Shown here piece by piece: positions 28,238-37,320 of a stretch of 64,000 nucleotides of DNA. Position 1 is the stretch's first letter. Every line of letters begins with the position of its first letter. Under the pieces are notes generated by a model. That model searched no databases. It had not been told where the DNA came from and saw nothing but the letters and a program-made list of their open reading frames with translations. Origin of the DNA: a virus. The stretch lies in the IMG/VR virus record IMGVR_UViG_2878651225_000003; one strand, 5' to 3'. A program made the translations under genes and the position numbers.

Positions 28238-28425
28238 TTTGTTTCCCCTGTTAAATGTTGTTCTTCTGCCGCACGGCGTAGCGCAATTTGATAATCTTCG
28301 TAAGCGTAAAACTTTCTTGATTTCCAGACACAAGAGCATTCGAGCTGCTGAAAACTCAACTCTTCTTTGCCGCCATATACTATTTTTATTTTATGCTCCA
28401 TTTTCTTTCTACAATAAAAAACCGC

Positions 28426-28611
28426 TTATTCAGCGGCTCGGATTAGTTCTAAAATCTGTTCGGGTGTTTCTTTAACGATATAATAAGTTTCATCACAACC
28501 TGTAGTAGTCACGCAAGCACCTGAATCATTATCTAAAATTGCAGAAATATGATCGATATTGAAGTGTATTGAATCCATATCTTTTTGTGTTAATTTAATA
28601 AATTTAGGCAT
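28426..28611 (-). CDS. hypothetical protein
   Basis: 61-aa ORF. Confidence 0.3.
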   Translation of the reverse strand: MPKFIKLTQKDMDSIHFNIDHISAILDNDSGACVTTTGCDETYYIVKETPEQILELIRAAE

Positions 28612-28643
28612 TTTTGTTTCCTCTCATGTGATAAAAATATGAT

Positions 28644-29078
28644 CTATCCGCCCATCAAAGGGTGCGGACATTCCCAATCGTAATCATTAAATCCAATTAT
28701 GCGATTTAGAGTTAATTCTCCTTTGAGAATTTCAAATTCACAGTTGAATTTCCCCCCTCTTTCGAAACCATAGAATCTAAAATCAACATTGAATTCCCGA
28801 CTTAACACTTGAAACTCTTGAAGGTATGGTCCCCATGCATGTTCAGTCGGGATAACAACGATAATTTGATGATTATCATCTTCGTAAAAGCATTCTGTAT
28901 ATTCAGAATCGATAAAGCAGCGACGAGTGCCATTAATATGTCCACTGACATTGTCCAATTCCAATTCATCGCCGTTTTTAGTTATAGAACCACCTTGATA
29001 GATTGATTCATCAAGGAATTTTTTCACGTCATCAATATGACCTCTGATTTTCAGGTCACCGCAGCACCAATTAGGCAT
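28644..29078 (-). CDS. hypothetical protein
   Basis: 144 aa. Its ATG overlaps the end of the ssb remnant. Confidence 0.4.
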   Translation of the reverse strand: MPNWCCGDLKIRGHIDDVKKFLDESIYQGGSITKNGDELELDNVSGHINGTRRCFIDSEYTECFYEDDNHQIIVVIPTEHAWGPYLQEFQVLSREFNVDFRFYGFERGGKFNCEFEILKGELTLNRIIGFNDYDWECPHPLMGG

Positions 29079-29235
29079 TTTTGTTTCCTTGCAAAAAAGC
29101 CGCCCATTGCTTGTCAGTCCAAGATTCGCTAGTTGCTACGCTGATATTGGCAACTTGGTCGCCGTTCGGCATGGTTCTAACTTCGGGATCGTTGCCCAAA
29201 TTTCCTAAGATGATTACTTTATTTACGCCTGCCAT
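29071..29235 (-). pseudogene. ssb: N-terminal remnant of single-stranded DNA-binding protein (ssb)
   Basis: [42 protein letters not shown] matches the SSB OB-fold N-terminus. It then diverges and stops after 54 aa. Confidence 0.65.
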
Positions 29236-29237
29236 AA

Positions 29238-29852
29238 TTATCCTTTTAATGCATTAAGTGAGGTAATAAACTGCGGAATATGCTCATCAAACGCTTTCAT
29301 CAGGTTTTTATCACGCGCTACAGTGATAAGAAAAAGCGTCTGTTTTTGGTACTCAGGGCAGTAGCTGACAAAATCCCATGTATCGTAGCCAGTTACCCAC
29401 AAATTGGCTTGCACCTGAATGATGTACTCCGACGGCAAACCGCCCTCAAGAATGTAACAAATGTGCGTACTCATTTTGGGACATTTGATTTCAAGCCCTT
29501 TGCGTAGTTCAGGAATTAAGCCGTCTGGGCTGACCATGACTGTGCGATTTTCATCACGATACACACCGCCGACTTGTTGCACGCTGTAGCCTGTTTCAAA
29601 TTCATACGCCATGCGCGCGAGCGGTTCAAGCTCATTGCCTCGCTCCATTGCTGCCGATTTAAAGGATTTTTCGGGCAGGCCTAAAATGCTTTCTTCGATC
29701 AGCTCCGCCATATACTTTTTTTGCGAACTGGATTTTTCACCGCTGGCGGTAACGATGTTTTTAATCCCCGTGGCGGTAGGAATGCCTAGCCGTGCAGTTA
29801 GCCATTCCTCCGTGCCTTGTTCGCAATCGAGTGTTATTAGATTGTCTGTCAT
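29238..29852 (-). CDS. YqaJ-type phage recombination exonuclease
   Basis: [20 protein letters not shown] (YqaJ signature). Confidence 0.75.
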   Translation of the reverse strand: MTDNLITLDCEQGTEEWLTARLGIPTATGIKNIVTASGEKSSSQKKYMAELIEESILGLPEKSFKSAAMERGNELEPLARMAYEFETGYSVQQVGGVYRDENRTVMVSPDGLIPELRKGLEIKCPKMSTHICYILEGGLPSEYIIQVQANLWVTGYDTWDFVSYCPEYQKQTLFLITVARDKNLMKAFDEHIPQFITSLNALKG

Positions 29853-30637
29853 ATCTTAATTTCGTCCCCTAGATTGTCATCGTCCGGTGCTTCGGCGGCT
29901 TGTGCGTCAAGTGTTGTATGTAACTTGTTGATGACCTTGACTGCGTGCGCCGCCGTAATTTGCTCAATTGTGCTTACACCGCAAATCGCCAACACTTTTT
30001 CCGCTTCCGTTCCAGTGGCTTCAAGCAGTTGTTTAACTTGCTCAACTTGTTCAGCGCTGATCAGTTCAACCGCTTGCGCTTCGATCACGTTCGGTTTTGG
30101 GGTGACGTTAATCGGCTCTTTTTGTGTTTCGACAATGCGCTCTGCTTCGTCTTGGTCGTAAATACCAGTAAAACCAAAGGCAAGACGTGCGCACTGGATC
30201 ATGGTTTTGTGCCGCAGCATTCGTTTCGGGTGCGATTTCCATGGTTGCGTGTTGCGTTGGCATTCACCCATATATTCGGTGACGATAATTGGGCGCGAGC
30301 GATCTTTGCGGTATATCGTGCAAGTGCAGCTGTTTTCTTCGCTGTTAAAGCTGAAATCCATACCGTCATATTCTGGGTGTTCGTTCATGATGCGCGACCA
30401 ACCGTCCACGCCGACAATCGGCACGATTCCGCCGTTATTCGGAAATGCGTAAATCTCGTTCGTCCACGGGTTTAAGCCGTGCTGATTGGCAACAACAAGT
30501 AATGCTGTCATTTGCTCATTGCTTACTTTTTGCCCCCGAAATGCGGTGGCTGTAAGCACGTTGGTTAAGCCTGCGCTGTCGCCCATATCAAAACGATCAG
30601 CCAGTTTTTGGGTGAGGGTAGCGAGTGCGCTTGTCAT
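29849..30637 (-). CDS. recT: RecT-family single-strand annealing recombinase
   Basis: 262 aa, RecT-like, immediately upstream of the YqaJ exonuclease. Confidence 0.7.
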   Translation of the reverse strand: MTSALATLTQKLADRFDMGDSAGLTNVLTATAFRGQKVSNEQMTALLVVANQHGLNPWTNEIYAFPNNGGIVPIVGVDGWSRIMNEHPEYDGMDFSFNSEENSCTCTIYRKDRSRPIIVTEYMGECQRNTQPWKSHPKRMLRHKTMIQCARLAFGFTGIYDQDEAERIVETQKEPINVTPKPNVIEAQAVELISAEQVEQVKQLLEATGTEAEKVLAICGVSTIEQITAAHAVKVINKLHTTLDAQAAEAPDDDNLGDEIKI

Positions 30638-30649
30638 GATTTTCCTACC

Positions 30650-30889
30650 TTATTTATCGGTTAATAGTTCCATAAAAGTTGTTAAAAAATCCCTTAATTC
30701 ATCTAATTCATTTAGACTTAATTTGGCGTGAATTTTTGCGTGATTATTTGATAACAATAGGGTGACGGTTTTTTTATCGCGATCGAACCCCTCTAAAGCC
30801 ACAACACCTGAAGTTTTGATATGTAATTTTTCAAACCCATCCCATTTTCCTGGTTGAATAAATCCTGATAGTAACTCGTGAACTGTCAT
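30650..30889 (-). CDS. hypothetical protein
   Basis: 79-aa ORF. Confidence 0.3.
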   Translation of the reverse strand: MTVHELLSGFIQPGKWDGFEKLHIKTSGVVALEGFDRDKKTVTLLLSNNHAKIHAKLSLNELDELRDFLTTFMELLTDK

Positions 30890-31860
30890 AATTTTTCCTC
30901 TTTGGCTTTATTAAGGGAAACACAATCTCCAAAACGGGTTTTTAGGCTTTGAGCTGTATCAATAGCTTGGGTTCTGGTTGTGTTGTTTAAGCGAATAGTG
31001 ATCACAAAATTTTCAACTGGTTCAGTCGGTGTCAGTTGTGATTTTTGCGTTTTAGCAACGGTTGCCGCTTGCGCTTGCGTTTTTGCTCTTTCTTCCGCTT
31101 CCTGCTTGGCTTTTTCGGCTGCCGCCTGTTCTGCTTGTGCTTTTGCTAACGCTTCTTGTTCAGCTTTGGCTTTTAGCTCCGCTTCTCGTTGTTTTTCAGC
31201 TTCGATACGTTCGGCTATAATCGGTTCAAGTTCATCTGTTCCGGCGATCAATTTCACTGAATCGTTGAATAAGTAACTTGAGCCAAGCGGAATGAGCTTT
31301 AAACGTGATTTAAGACGTGCCGTTTCTTGCATGATTTCGGCAAGAATCAATCCCCGTTCGGCGTTGACTGCCGCTGTTAATGTATGGATAGTAGATTTTC
31401 TTTTTATTGATTCCCAAATACGCTGATTGATTTTATTTTTTGGCATCGTTATTTCAAGTGCAAGAGATATTGTGCTTTCGTCACAATTGCTGTGACGCAC
31501 TTTCATAATTTCATCAAATGCGGCTGTCACGATTCGTTCTTTAATTTCTACTTCTTTATTTTTTACTAATTTATCGCGTGATAGACGCTCTTGTCTGAAA
31601 CGCTCTGCGATGGCTTCCGCCTGTTCAATCAGTTGATTAATGTCGCCTTGCTGTGCATTTTTAATTGCTGAACGGGTTTTATCTTCCAGTTCTTTCAGTA
31701 GCTTCACTTCTTCCTTGGCGGCCGCAAAGTCATCATCGGTTTCAAAATTCTGCGTGAGTGTTGAAAGAAATTGATTCGCTTGTTTCTCAAAGTCGGCGAT
31801 ATTGCACGCCAGAACTTTGCTTTCGGTGCTGATAATCAGCTCAAGTTTTGGTTCAGTCAT
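30886..31860 (-). CDS. DUF1351-like phage protein with an Ala/Glu/Lys coiled coil
   Basis: 324 aa. Commonly found adjacent to recT in siphophages. Confidence 0.45.
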   Translation of the reverse strand: MTEPKLELIISTESKVLACNIADFEKQANQFLSTLTQNFETDDDFAAAKEEVKLLKELEDKTRSAIKNAQQGDINQLIEQAEAIAERFRQERLSRDKLVKNKEVEIKERIVTAAFDEIMKVRHSNCDESTISLALEITMPKNKINQRIWESIKRKSTIHTLTAAVNAERGLILAEIMQETARLKSRLKLIPLGSSYLFNDSVKLIAGTDELEPIIAERIEAEKQREAELKAKAEQEALAKAQAEQAAAEKAKQEAEERAKTQAQAATVAKTQKSQLTPTEPVENFVITIRLNNTTRTQAIDTAQSLKTRFGDCVSLNKAKEEKL

Positions 31861-31872
31861 TTTGTTTCCCCT

Positions 31873-32163
31873 TTAATATTGCTCATCTTCCCAATGCTTT
31901 TCAGCCAGTAATTCGATAACCTCTTTTTTGATTTCTTCGAGCTTTACCCAATTACTATCCTGTATAGATTCCCAAAAATCATCGCGTTCGCATAACGCAC
32001 ATTCAACCGAACCAACAAGCCATGGGTATGGGTTGAGAACTGCTCGGCTGGAGTATGTTTCGTAAAGCTTTTCCGCCCATTTTTTGATTGCTTCGTCTTC
32101 CGCCGCCGCCCAACATTGTTGTCGATCATGAGCGGCAAAATCACTTTCTACTGCGCATTGCAT
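31873..32163 (-). CDS. hypothetical protein
   Basis: 96-aa ORF. Confidence 0.3.
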   Translation of the reverse strand: MQCAVESDFAAHDRQQCWAAAEDEAIKKWAEKLYETYSSRAVLNPYPWLVGSVECALCERDDFWESIQDSNWVKLEEIKKEVIELLAEKHWEDEQY

Positions 32164-32435
32164 AATTCATACTCCATAAACAGTGGCTTTATGCCCCAGA
32201 TTAGATTTTCCTTGACGGGCATTCCGTTAATTTGTCTGCGACGGATTTTCCGCTTTTTTATTTCAACCCTCACCAGCTCTTTGCTGAGATGATTGTTACT
32301 GCGCCAGCCTGTTTTGCATTTGTCGTTGCCGGCTAAATGCTCATAAGCGTAAAATCCGAAGCCCTCTTTTTCATGCGGAACGATTTTGTATTGATGTTCA
32401 ACAAATTTCGGGCTGATAATCTTGGGTCTCGCCAT
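32148..32435 (-). CDS. hypothetical protein
   Basis: 95-aa ORF. Confidence 0.3.
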   Translation of the reverse strand: MARPKIISPKFVEHQYKIVPHEKEGFGFYAYEHLAGNDKCKTGWRSNNHLSKELVRVEIKKRKIRRRQINGMPVKENLIWGIKPLFMEYELCNAQ

Positions 32436-32710
32436 TACTGAGCCTCTTTCATTTTCTCAACCAAGGTTAAAATTTCCGCTTGCTGTTCGGCGGTCAAATC
32501 TGGTTGTAAATCGCCGTTTTCGGCAATCCAATCCGCTTTAGCCTGTGCAATATCGGCTGTTAAATCAGCGGTATGGTTGTAGTGTACCGTGTTCGGTTCA
32601 AGTTGAGCGGTGACAGTGACAGGGGGACAGCTAACGCCAAGCATAATCGCTAACAATAAAGCTCCGATAATGTAAGTTGCTTTAAAGTCAAAAGGGTTTT
32701 TTAGTCTCAT
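32435..32710 (-). CDS. small lipoprotein
   Basis: MRLKNPFDFKATYIIGALLLAIMLGVSC signal peptide and lipobox. Confidence 0.45.
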   Translation of the reverse strand: MRLKNPFDFKATYIIGALLLAIMLGVSCPPVTVTAQLEPNTVHYNHTADLTADIAQAKADWIAENGDLQPDLTAEQQAEILTLVEKMKEAQ

Positions 32711-32723
32711 GTTTAAATCTCCT

Positions 32724-33791
32724 TTAATCAACTTCAATAAAATTTCCGTCTTCATCTAGCGTGTACCAAGTGTCGGGCTTAATGCCGTTATCGCCGATTT
32801 TTGAAGCTCGAATATGGATAAGTTCTCCATCGTCATTGTGATATACGCAAACGATAGCCCCCATTTCCGATGCTTTAGCTTTTGAGCTTTCGCCAAATGC
32901 AGCTGCAACGCTATGCTTTCCAGAAACTTCTGCTACTGACTTATAGCCAGTGTTTGTCGCTGCTGACTTATCGCCGGTATTTGTCGCTGCTGACCGTTCG
33001 CCGGTATTTGTCGCTGCTGACTTATCGCCGGTATTTGTCGCTGCTGACCAATCGCCAGTATTTGTCGCTACTGACTGATAGCCGGTATTTGTCGCTACTG
33101 ACTTATAGCCAGTGTTTGTCGCTGCTGACCGTTCGCCGGTATTTGTCGCTGCTGACCAATGGCCAGTATTTGTCGCTACTGACTGATAGCTGGAGTTTGT
33201 CGCTACTGACTTATAGCCAGTGTTTGTCGCTGCTGACTGATAGCCGGTATTTGTCGCTGCTGACCGTTCGCCGGTATTTGTCGCTGCTGACCAATCGCCA
33301 GTATTTGTCGCTACTGACTGATAGCCGGTGTTTGTCGCTGCTGACTTATAGCCGGCATTTGTCGCTACTGACTGATAGCCAGTGTTTGTCGCTGCTGACT
33401 TATCGCCGGTATTTGTCGCTGCTGACTTATCGCCGGTGCTTGTTTCTTTTTTGTCACCCCAATCAACCTTATCCATGATCCATTCAACAGCCTTTTCAAC
33501 TAGCGTTGGGATTTTGATTTCCGCCTCAATTTCAAGCGTGCCACAAGCAATTTTGGTATCGCCATCTTCTTCTTTCGATATTTTTCCGCTCGCTTTCACT
33601 CGCGCGAATCGGTTATCTGCTGGTGGGTAATAATTAAAAACATCAAGAGGGTATTCGCATGCGTGGAAACCCGATTCGCAAGCCTCAACCTTACCTTTAT
33701 GTTTAAAAGTTTTGCCGATTTCATATTGGTAATCTCGACATTGCAAATCCTTGTTAAATCCTTTGTATGCGATAATTTCATTCTTGCTCAT
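32724..33791 (-). CDS. tandem-repeat protein. About 25 copies of a nonapeptide S-A-A-T-N-T-G-[DYE]-[KQRW] lie between N- and C-terminal globular domains.
   Basis: ATG at 33791 (MSKNEII…). 27-nt repeats span ~32930-33440. The track ORF extends to a non-ATG codon at 33851. Confidence 0.6.
   Translation of the reverse strand: MSKNEIIAYKGFNKDLQCRDYQYEIGKTFKHKGKVEACESGFHACEYPLDVFNYYPPADNRFARVKASGKISKEEDGDTKIACGTLEIEAEIKIPTLVEKAVEWIMDKVDWGDKKETSTGDKSAATNTGDKSAATNTGYQSVATNAGYKSAATNTGYQSVATNTGDWSAATNTGERSAATNTGYQSAATNTGYKSVATNSSYQSVATNTGHWSAATNTGERSAATNTGYKSVATNTGYQSVATNTGDWSAATNTGDKSAATNTGERSAATNTGDKSAATNTGYKSVAEVSGKHSVAAAFGESSKAKASEMGAIVCVYHNDDGELIHIRASKIGDNGIKPDTWYTLDEDGNFIEVD
32930..33440. repeat. 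27-nt imperfect tandem repeat array (~19-25 units) in coding sequence
   Basis: ccggtatttgtcgctgctgac(t/c)(t/g)(a/t)t(c/a)g units. This produces long open frames on both strands. Confidence 0.9.
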
Positions 33792-33821
33792 GATATTTGT
33801 CTCTAATTTCGTGTAAAAAAA

Positions 33822-33848
33822 GCCCTCTTTCGAGGGCAAATAGCTCAA
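33822..33848 (-). terminator. rho-independent terminator between the tRNA and the repeat-protein gene
   Basis: gccctcgaaagagggc hairpin followed by TTTTTTT on the minus strand. Confidence 0.55.
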
Positions 33849-34004
33849 CAAAAGGAATCCGATTTAGCCACTCGGCAGGTGGTTTCTCTCTACCATCACA
33901 AACCGCACTTTTCACATTTCCCTTAATTCGCACTGAATCGGGTCTTTGCTTTCGCATTCGTCTCTTGAGATTGAAAATCGGTTCTTTGTAAATACGGTTT
34001 GCGA

Positions 34005-34081
34005 TGGTGGCCGCCACAGGATTTGAACCTGCTATCCTACGATTATGAATCGTCCGCTTTTACCAATTAAGCTAAACGGCC
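34005..34081 (-). tRNA. tRNA with CAU anticodon (Met or Ile2), prophage-borne
   Basis: 77 nt: GGCCGTT-TA-GCTT-AATTGGTAA-AAGC-G-GACGA-TTCATAA-TCGTA-GGATA-GCAGG-TTCAAAT-CCTGT-GGCGGCC-A-CCA. The cloverleaf is satisfied apart from a G27·A43 mismatch and G·U pairs in the acceptor stem. Confidence 0.6.
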
Positions 34082-34555
34082 AAAAGTGCCTGCATGCCCC
34101 CGCAGGCTAGGGCTGATGTCATCTTTGCTTGTCATTCGCATGTCATAACATCAGACTCTTGCTGAATTTGCGGTATGCCAATCCGCTAGTTGAAATTCCT
34201 TGAGCTGACTAACTCAGGATTCCCCTCTATTGGCTAGATAGAGGCTTTAGTATTAGCCAAGACATCAAAGATAAGTACGTCTATCTCGTCTTGCGTTGGC
34301 TAAGGTTTTTTATTACAAGTCCGTGGGGCGTTCGCCTTGCCCCCGACAGGTCTCAATCCGCATACTTCGGGATTTCCTTGGGATATAAGCAGCGCTGCCC
34401 TTGATCGTAGTAGCGCCTCTTTTCGCTACAATACGCACAGTTTTCTGCTTGGGGGTTACTCGACTTAAATCAGCCGATAACTTATATCTCGCATGAGTCC
34501 AGCAATGTTAAAGAGCGGTGAGATGTTGCGTTTCGCTGTATCTCGTTGGTATGGG

Positions 34556-34640
34556 TTGATTATCACAAATTGTGATTTTATTGTCAACACAATATGTGAT
34601 TTTTTTATTAAATAAAAATCACATATTGTGATAATTTTAT
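34556..34640 (-). promoter_or_regulatory. OL/PL: three ATCACA…TGTGAT operators overlapping a leftward sigma70 promoter
   Basis: atcacaaattgtgat (34562-76), aacacaatatgtgat (~34586-600) and atcacatattgtgat (34618-32). On the minus strand, TTGACA-17 nt-GATAAT. Confidence 0.55.
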
Positions 34641-34964
34641 GATTTCAAAAGAAAAATAGTTTGAAAAAATTTTGCTTGATCGCTGGTTTTGTGAGCTGTG
34701 TCACAGAGAAAGTTCGGCTGAGCTATTTTTTTTGGGGGGCATGACGATTTTTGATCACTGCACATTTCACTCCTTTCGATGTTATTTTTGGGGTTTATAG
34801 GATCGTGGTGCCTATTTAATAAAATCAATGGCTTATATTGATTTTTATTCAATTTAAGATCCACCTGAGCCCCACGGTTCCCAGTATCAAAAGGAGTGAT
34901 ATTGGACTTTTTAGCCGGCGCTTTTGTGGTTTTTGATCAAGGGTGGTTGGTGTGAATCTTGGGC

Positions 34965-34992
34965 AAGAAAAAGCCCCTGTATGAGGGGCTTG
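34965..34992 (-). terminator. rho-independent terminator of the cI transcript
   Basis: gcccctcatacaggggc hairpin followed by TTTTTC on the minus strand, about 70 nt downstream of cI. Confidence 0.6.
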
Positions 34993-35062
34993 GCGTTTTA
35001 TTAGGTTAAAAGCGGTTTATCCTTAAGCTGCTCAAGTGCTTTATTGCAATAGCACGTCCTAC

Positions 35063-35731
35063 TCACCGCTTCCGGCGATAGCTGCGGTGTTCAACCATCG
35101 TGCCAACTATCCGAATTTCTTCATTTAGTGATGATTTAACTGGATAATCTGAGTTAAGAGGCACTAATTCAAACTGTTCACGCCACAGATCGTCTGTACC
35201 GACAACACGATATTTTTTAAATGTGGCCTCATATTCACCATTTACTGCGACAACAAATTCACCGGCGATTGGTTTTATATTTGGATCAACGATAACAATA
35301 TCACCCTCATAAAATTCAGGCTCCATTGAATCTCCTTTGATTGTCAAGGCAAACGAATCCTCGGAAACTTCTAGGCCTGTCAGGATATATTCATAATCCC
35401 CGATGGTATCTTTAAGATCATTTATCCCCGTCCATGTTCCTGCCTGTACATGGCTGATCAGAGGAACACTGTGTGAACCTAATGTAGCAGGAATTACATT
35501 ATCCCCGCCAAATGCTAATTCAGCAGGATCTACCTTTAGCGCTTTTGCAATAACAGCTATATCGTCTAAATCCGGTGTTCTTGCGTCCGTTTCGTAGTTT
35601 GCAATTCTAGACTGCCCCCACTTTGTGCGATTTTCTCTATCATCTATTTTTTCACATAATTCTGCTAATTCTTTCTGTTTGAGACTTAACGTATTTCTAA
35701 ATAATTTAATTCTTTCGGATAGCAAACTCAT
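35063..35731 (-). CDS. cI: CI-type repressor (XRE HTH + S24 LexA-like peptidase)
   Basis: N-terminal HTH (LKQKELAELCEKIDD…), C-terminal S24 (…GDSMEP…GDIVIVD…K…). Confidence 0.85.
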   Translation of the reverse strand: MSLLSERIKLFRNTLSLKQKELAELCEKIDDRENRTKWGQSRIANYETDARTPDLDDIAVIAKALKVDPAELAFGGDNVIPATLGSHSVPLISHVQAGTWTGINDLKDTIGDYEYILTGLEVSEDSFALTIKGDSMEPEFYEGDIVIVDPNIKPIAGEFVVAVNGEYEATFKKYRVVGTDDLWREQFELVPLNSDYPVKSSLNEEIRIVGTMVEHRSYRRKR

Positions 35732-35764
35732 GACAAATCCCTCAATTAAGCGCTTATTAAAATA

Positions 35765-35860
35765 ATATCACGCAATGAAATAAATCAAAATCACATAATA
35801 GGATTGCCTAAAATCACAAAAAGTGATTTAATGGCGTTTATGTAAATCACAAAAAAGGAT
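35765..35860. promoter_or_regulatory. OR/PR/PRM operator cluster
   Basis: atcacaaaaagtgat (35813-27) lies in the spacer of TTGCCT-17 nt-TTTAAT upstream of cro. Additional ATCACA half-sites lie at 35766, 35789 and 35846. Confidence 0.5.
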
Positions 35861-35862
35861 AT

Positions 35863-36075
35863 TTGATGAATAATATTGCAAAAATTAGAGGCGATATTGG
35901 TGTAACTCAAATTCAGCTCGCTAACGAGTTAGGATTTGGACAACCGCGTGTTGCTAACTATGAGAATGGATTACGAGTGCCTTCATTGCGCGATTGCCGG
36001 AAAATTGTTGCGGCATTAAACAAATTAGGGGCAACGGTCACCATCGATCGTGTATTTCCGCCGTCTGGTAATTAA
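35863..36075 (+). CDS. cro: Cro-like HTH regulator
   Basis: 70 aa, ..VTQIQLANELGFGQPRVANYENG.., divergent from cI. Confidence 0.7.
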   Translation: MMNNIAKIRGDIGVTQIQLANELGFGQPRVANYENGLRVPSLRDCRKIVAALNKLGATVTIDRVFPPSGN

Positions 36076-36123
36076 TTTACCAACGACAGCAGAAAAAATA
36101 TTCAAGAAAAACAAGGATTTTTC

Positions 36124-36570
36124 ATGAAGCACATACAGCAAATTTTGCACTTGGATTGCAAGAATAGTAGCGGCGGCATAACGGCGTTGGCGTTAGATCT
36201 TGGCAAGTCTGAGCGGATTTTATCAAACGAGCTGAACGTGAATATCGAGCAAAACAAACTCGGCTTTACGGACGCCGTAACATTGATTGGTATGACGCAG
36301 AGCAAGAAGACCGTTTCCGCAATCGCGCGGCAAATCGATCACGTTATCGTACCCACACCGAATTGTGACGGCAGTTGTGCCGATGTGGTGCAGCACTTTT
36401 TAGACATTTCAGCAAAGTGTGGCCAAGTCGGCGAGCGGATTAAAAACGCAGTACAGCCGGAATCGGATTTCGGGCGTGATTTGTCAAGGAAAGAGCGCTT
36501 GGAAATCTCGGAAGCGGTGGAATTGCTGATCGAAAAAGCGATCTGCTTGAAGCTGGAATTAGGGCAATAA
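36124..36570 (+). CDS. CII-like phage regulatory protein
   Basis: Sits in the cII position. 148 aa. Confidence 0.4.
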   Translation: MKHIQQILHLDCKNSSGGITALALDLGKSERILSNELNVNIEQNKLGFTDAVTLIGMTQSKKTVSAIARQIDHVIVPTPNCDGSCADVVQHFLDISAKCGQVGERIKNAVQPESDFGRDLSRKERLEISEAVELLIEKAICLKLELGQ

Positions 36571-36571
36571 A

Positions 36572-36600
36572 AAACCACCGTTGGAGCGGTGGTTAATCAC
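36572..36600 (+). terminator. tR1-like terminator
   Basis: ccaccgttggagcggtgg hairpin followed by a T-rich tail. Confidence 0.4.
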
Positions 36601-36633
36601 TGTTTTTAAAAAAACTATATAAGCGAGGTAATT

Positions 36634-37320
36634 ATGAACAATATTGCAGTAATAAGCAACAACAATTTAACGATGAGCAGTCGTGAGATTGCGGAATTGT
36701 GTGAAAAACGTCATGACAATGTTTTAAAACTCATTCGTGAATTGATTGCAGGGGGTGTCCTAAAAAATACGAGACCCCAGAACTATGTTCATTCACAAAA
36801 CAATCAGGAATATACCGAATTTTTATCAGACAAGCGAGACAGCTTAGTGATTGTTGCTCGACTGTCACCTGAATTTACGGCGGCGGTGGTGGATCGTTGG
36901 CAAGAACTAGAAAACTACCGACAACAATCAACCGCACTTACCCCATCTCGCAAAGAGCTGGCATTAATGGTGATTCAGGCGGAGGAAGAAAAGGAACGCT
37001 TGCAGTTGGAAAATTTACAGATGAAGCCAAAGGCGGATTTTGTTGATCAATATGTTGATGTCGGGACCAGTAAATCATTGCGTGAAACTGCGAAGATTTT
37101 AAGAATGTCAGAAAAGGCGATGATCGCCAAACTAATTGATAATAAGGCCTTATTTAGACAGTCAGATAATCTTTTGCCATATGCGGATAAGTTATCAAAA
37201 GGGCTGTTTACAGTAAAAACGGGGACTACTGATCACGGACATAATTTCACTCAAACTCGCGTAACCGGAAAGGGTATCCAATGGATTGCATCGCGTTACG
37301 CTTCGGAGTTGATGGCATGA
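36634..37320 (+). CDS. Rha-family regulator / antirepressor (Rha N-terminus + KilAC/Ant C-terminus)
   Basis: MSSREIAELCEKRHDNVLKLIRE (Rha). C-terminal …ADFVDQYVDVGTSKSLRETAKIL… (Ant C-like). Confidence 0.6.
   Translation: MNNIAVISNNNLTMSSREIAELCEKRHDNVLKLIRELIAGGVLKNTRPQNYVHSQNNQEYTEFLSDKRDSLVIVARLSPEFTAAVVDRWQELENYRQQSTALTPSRKELALMVIQAEEEKERLQLENLQMKPKADFVDQYVDVGTSKSLRETAKILRMSEKAMIAKLIDNKALFRQSDNLLPYADKLSKGLFTVKTGTTDHGHNFTQTRVTGKGIQWIASRYASELMA

Noticed and set aside
32930-33440. CRISPR array
   Set aside because: The repeats are contiguous with no unique spacers. They lie inside a coding sequence and preserve the frame.
32882-33478. 198-aa plus-strand ORF (LSLLTYRRY… repeats) and other long antisense frames across the 27-nt repeat
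   Set aside because: These are repeat-driven open frames. The minus-strand gene has proper flanking domains and operon context.
33778-34017. 79-aa ORF overlapping the tRNA
   Set aside because: It overlaps the tRNA and the terminator hairpin, so it is spurious.
34090-34480. Possible intact tmRNA (ssrA) ending in the tRNA-like element at 34005-34081
   Set aside because: The tRNA-like element has its own contiguous 5' acceptor strand, so it is a normal cloverleaf and not a split tRNA-like domain. No ANDENYALAA-type tag ORF with a resume codon was found in any frame. The 3' end is GGCGGCCACCA, not the CCAGCTCCACCA seen in the true ssrA fragment at 17604-17630.
34637-34864. 75-aa ORF between OL and cI (rex position)
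   Set aside because: It lies downstream of the cI terminator, has no RBS, and has non-protein-like composition.
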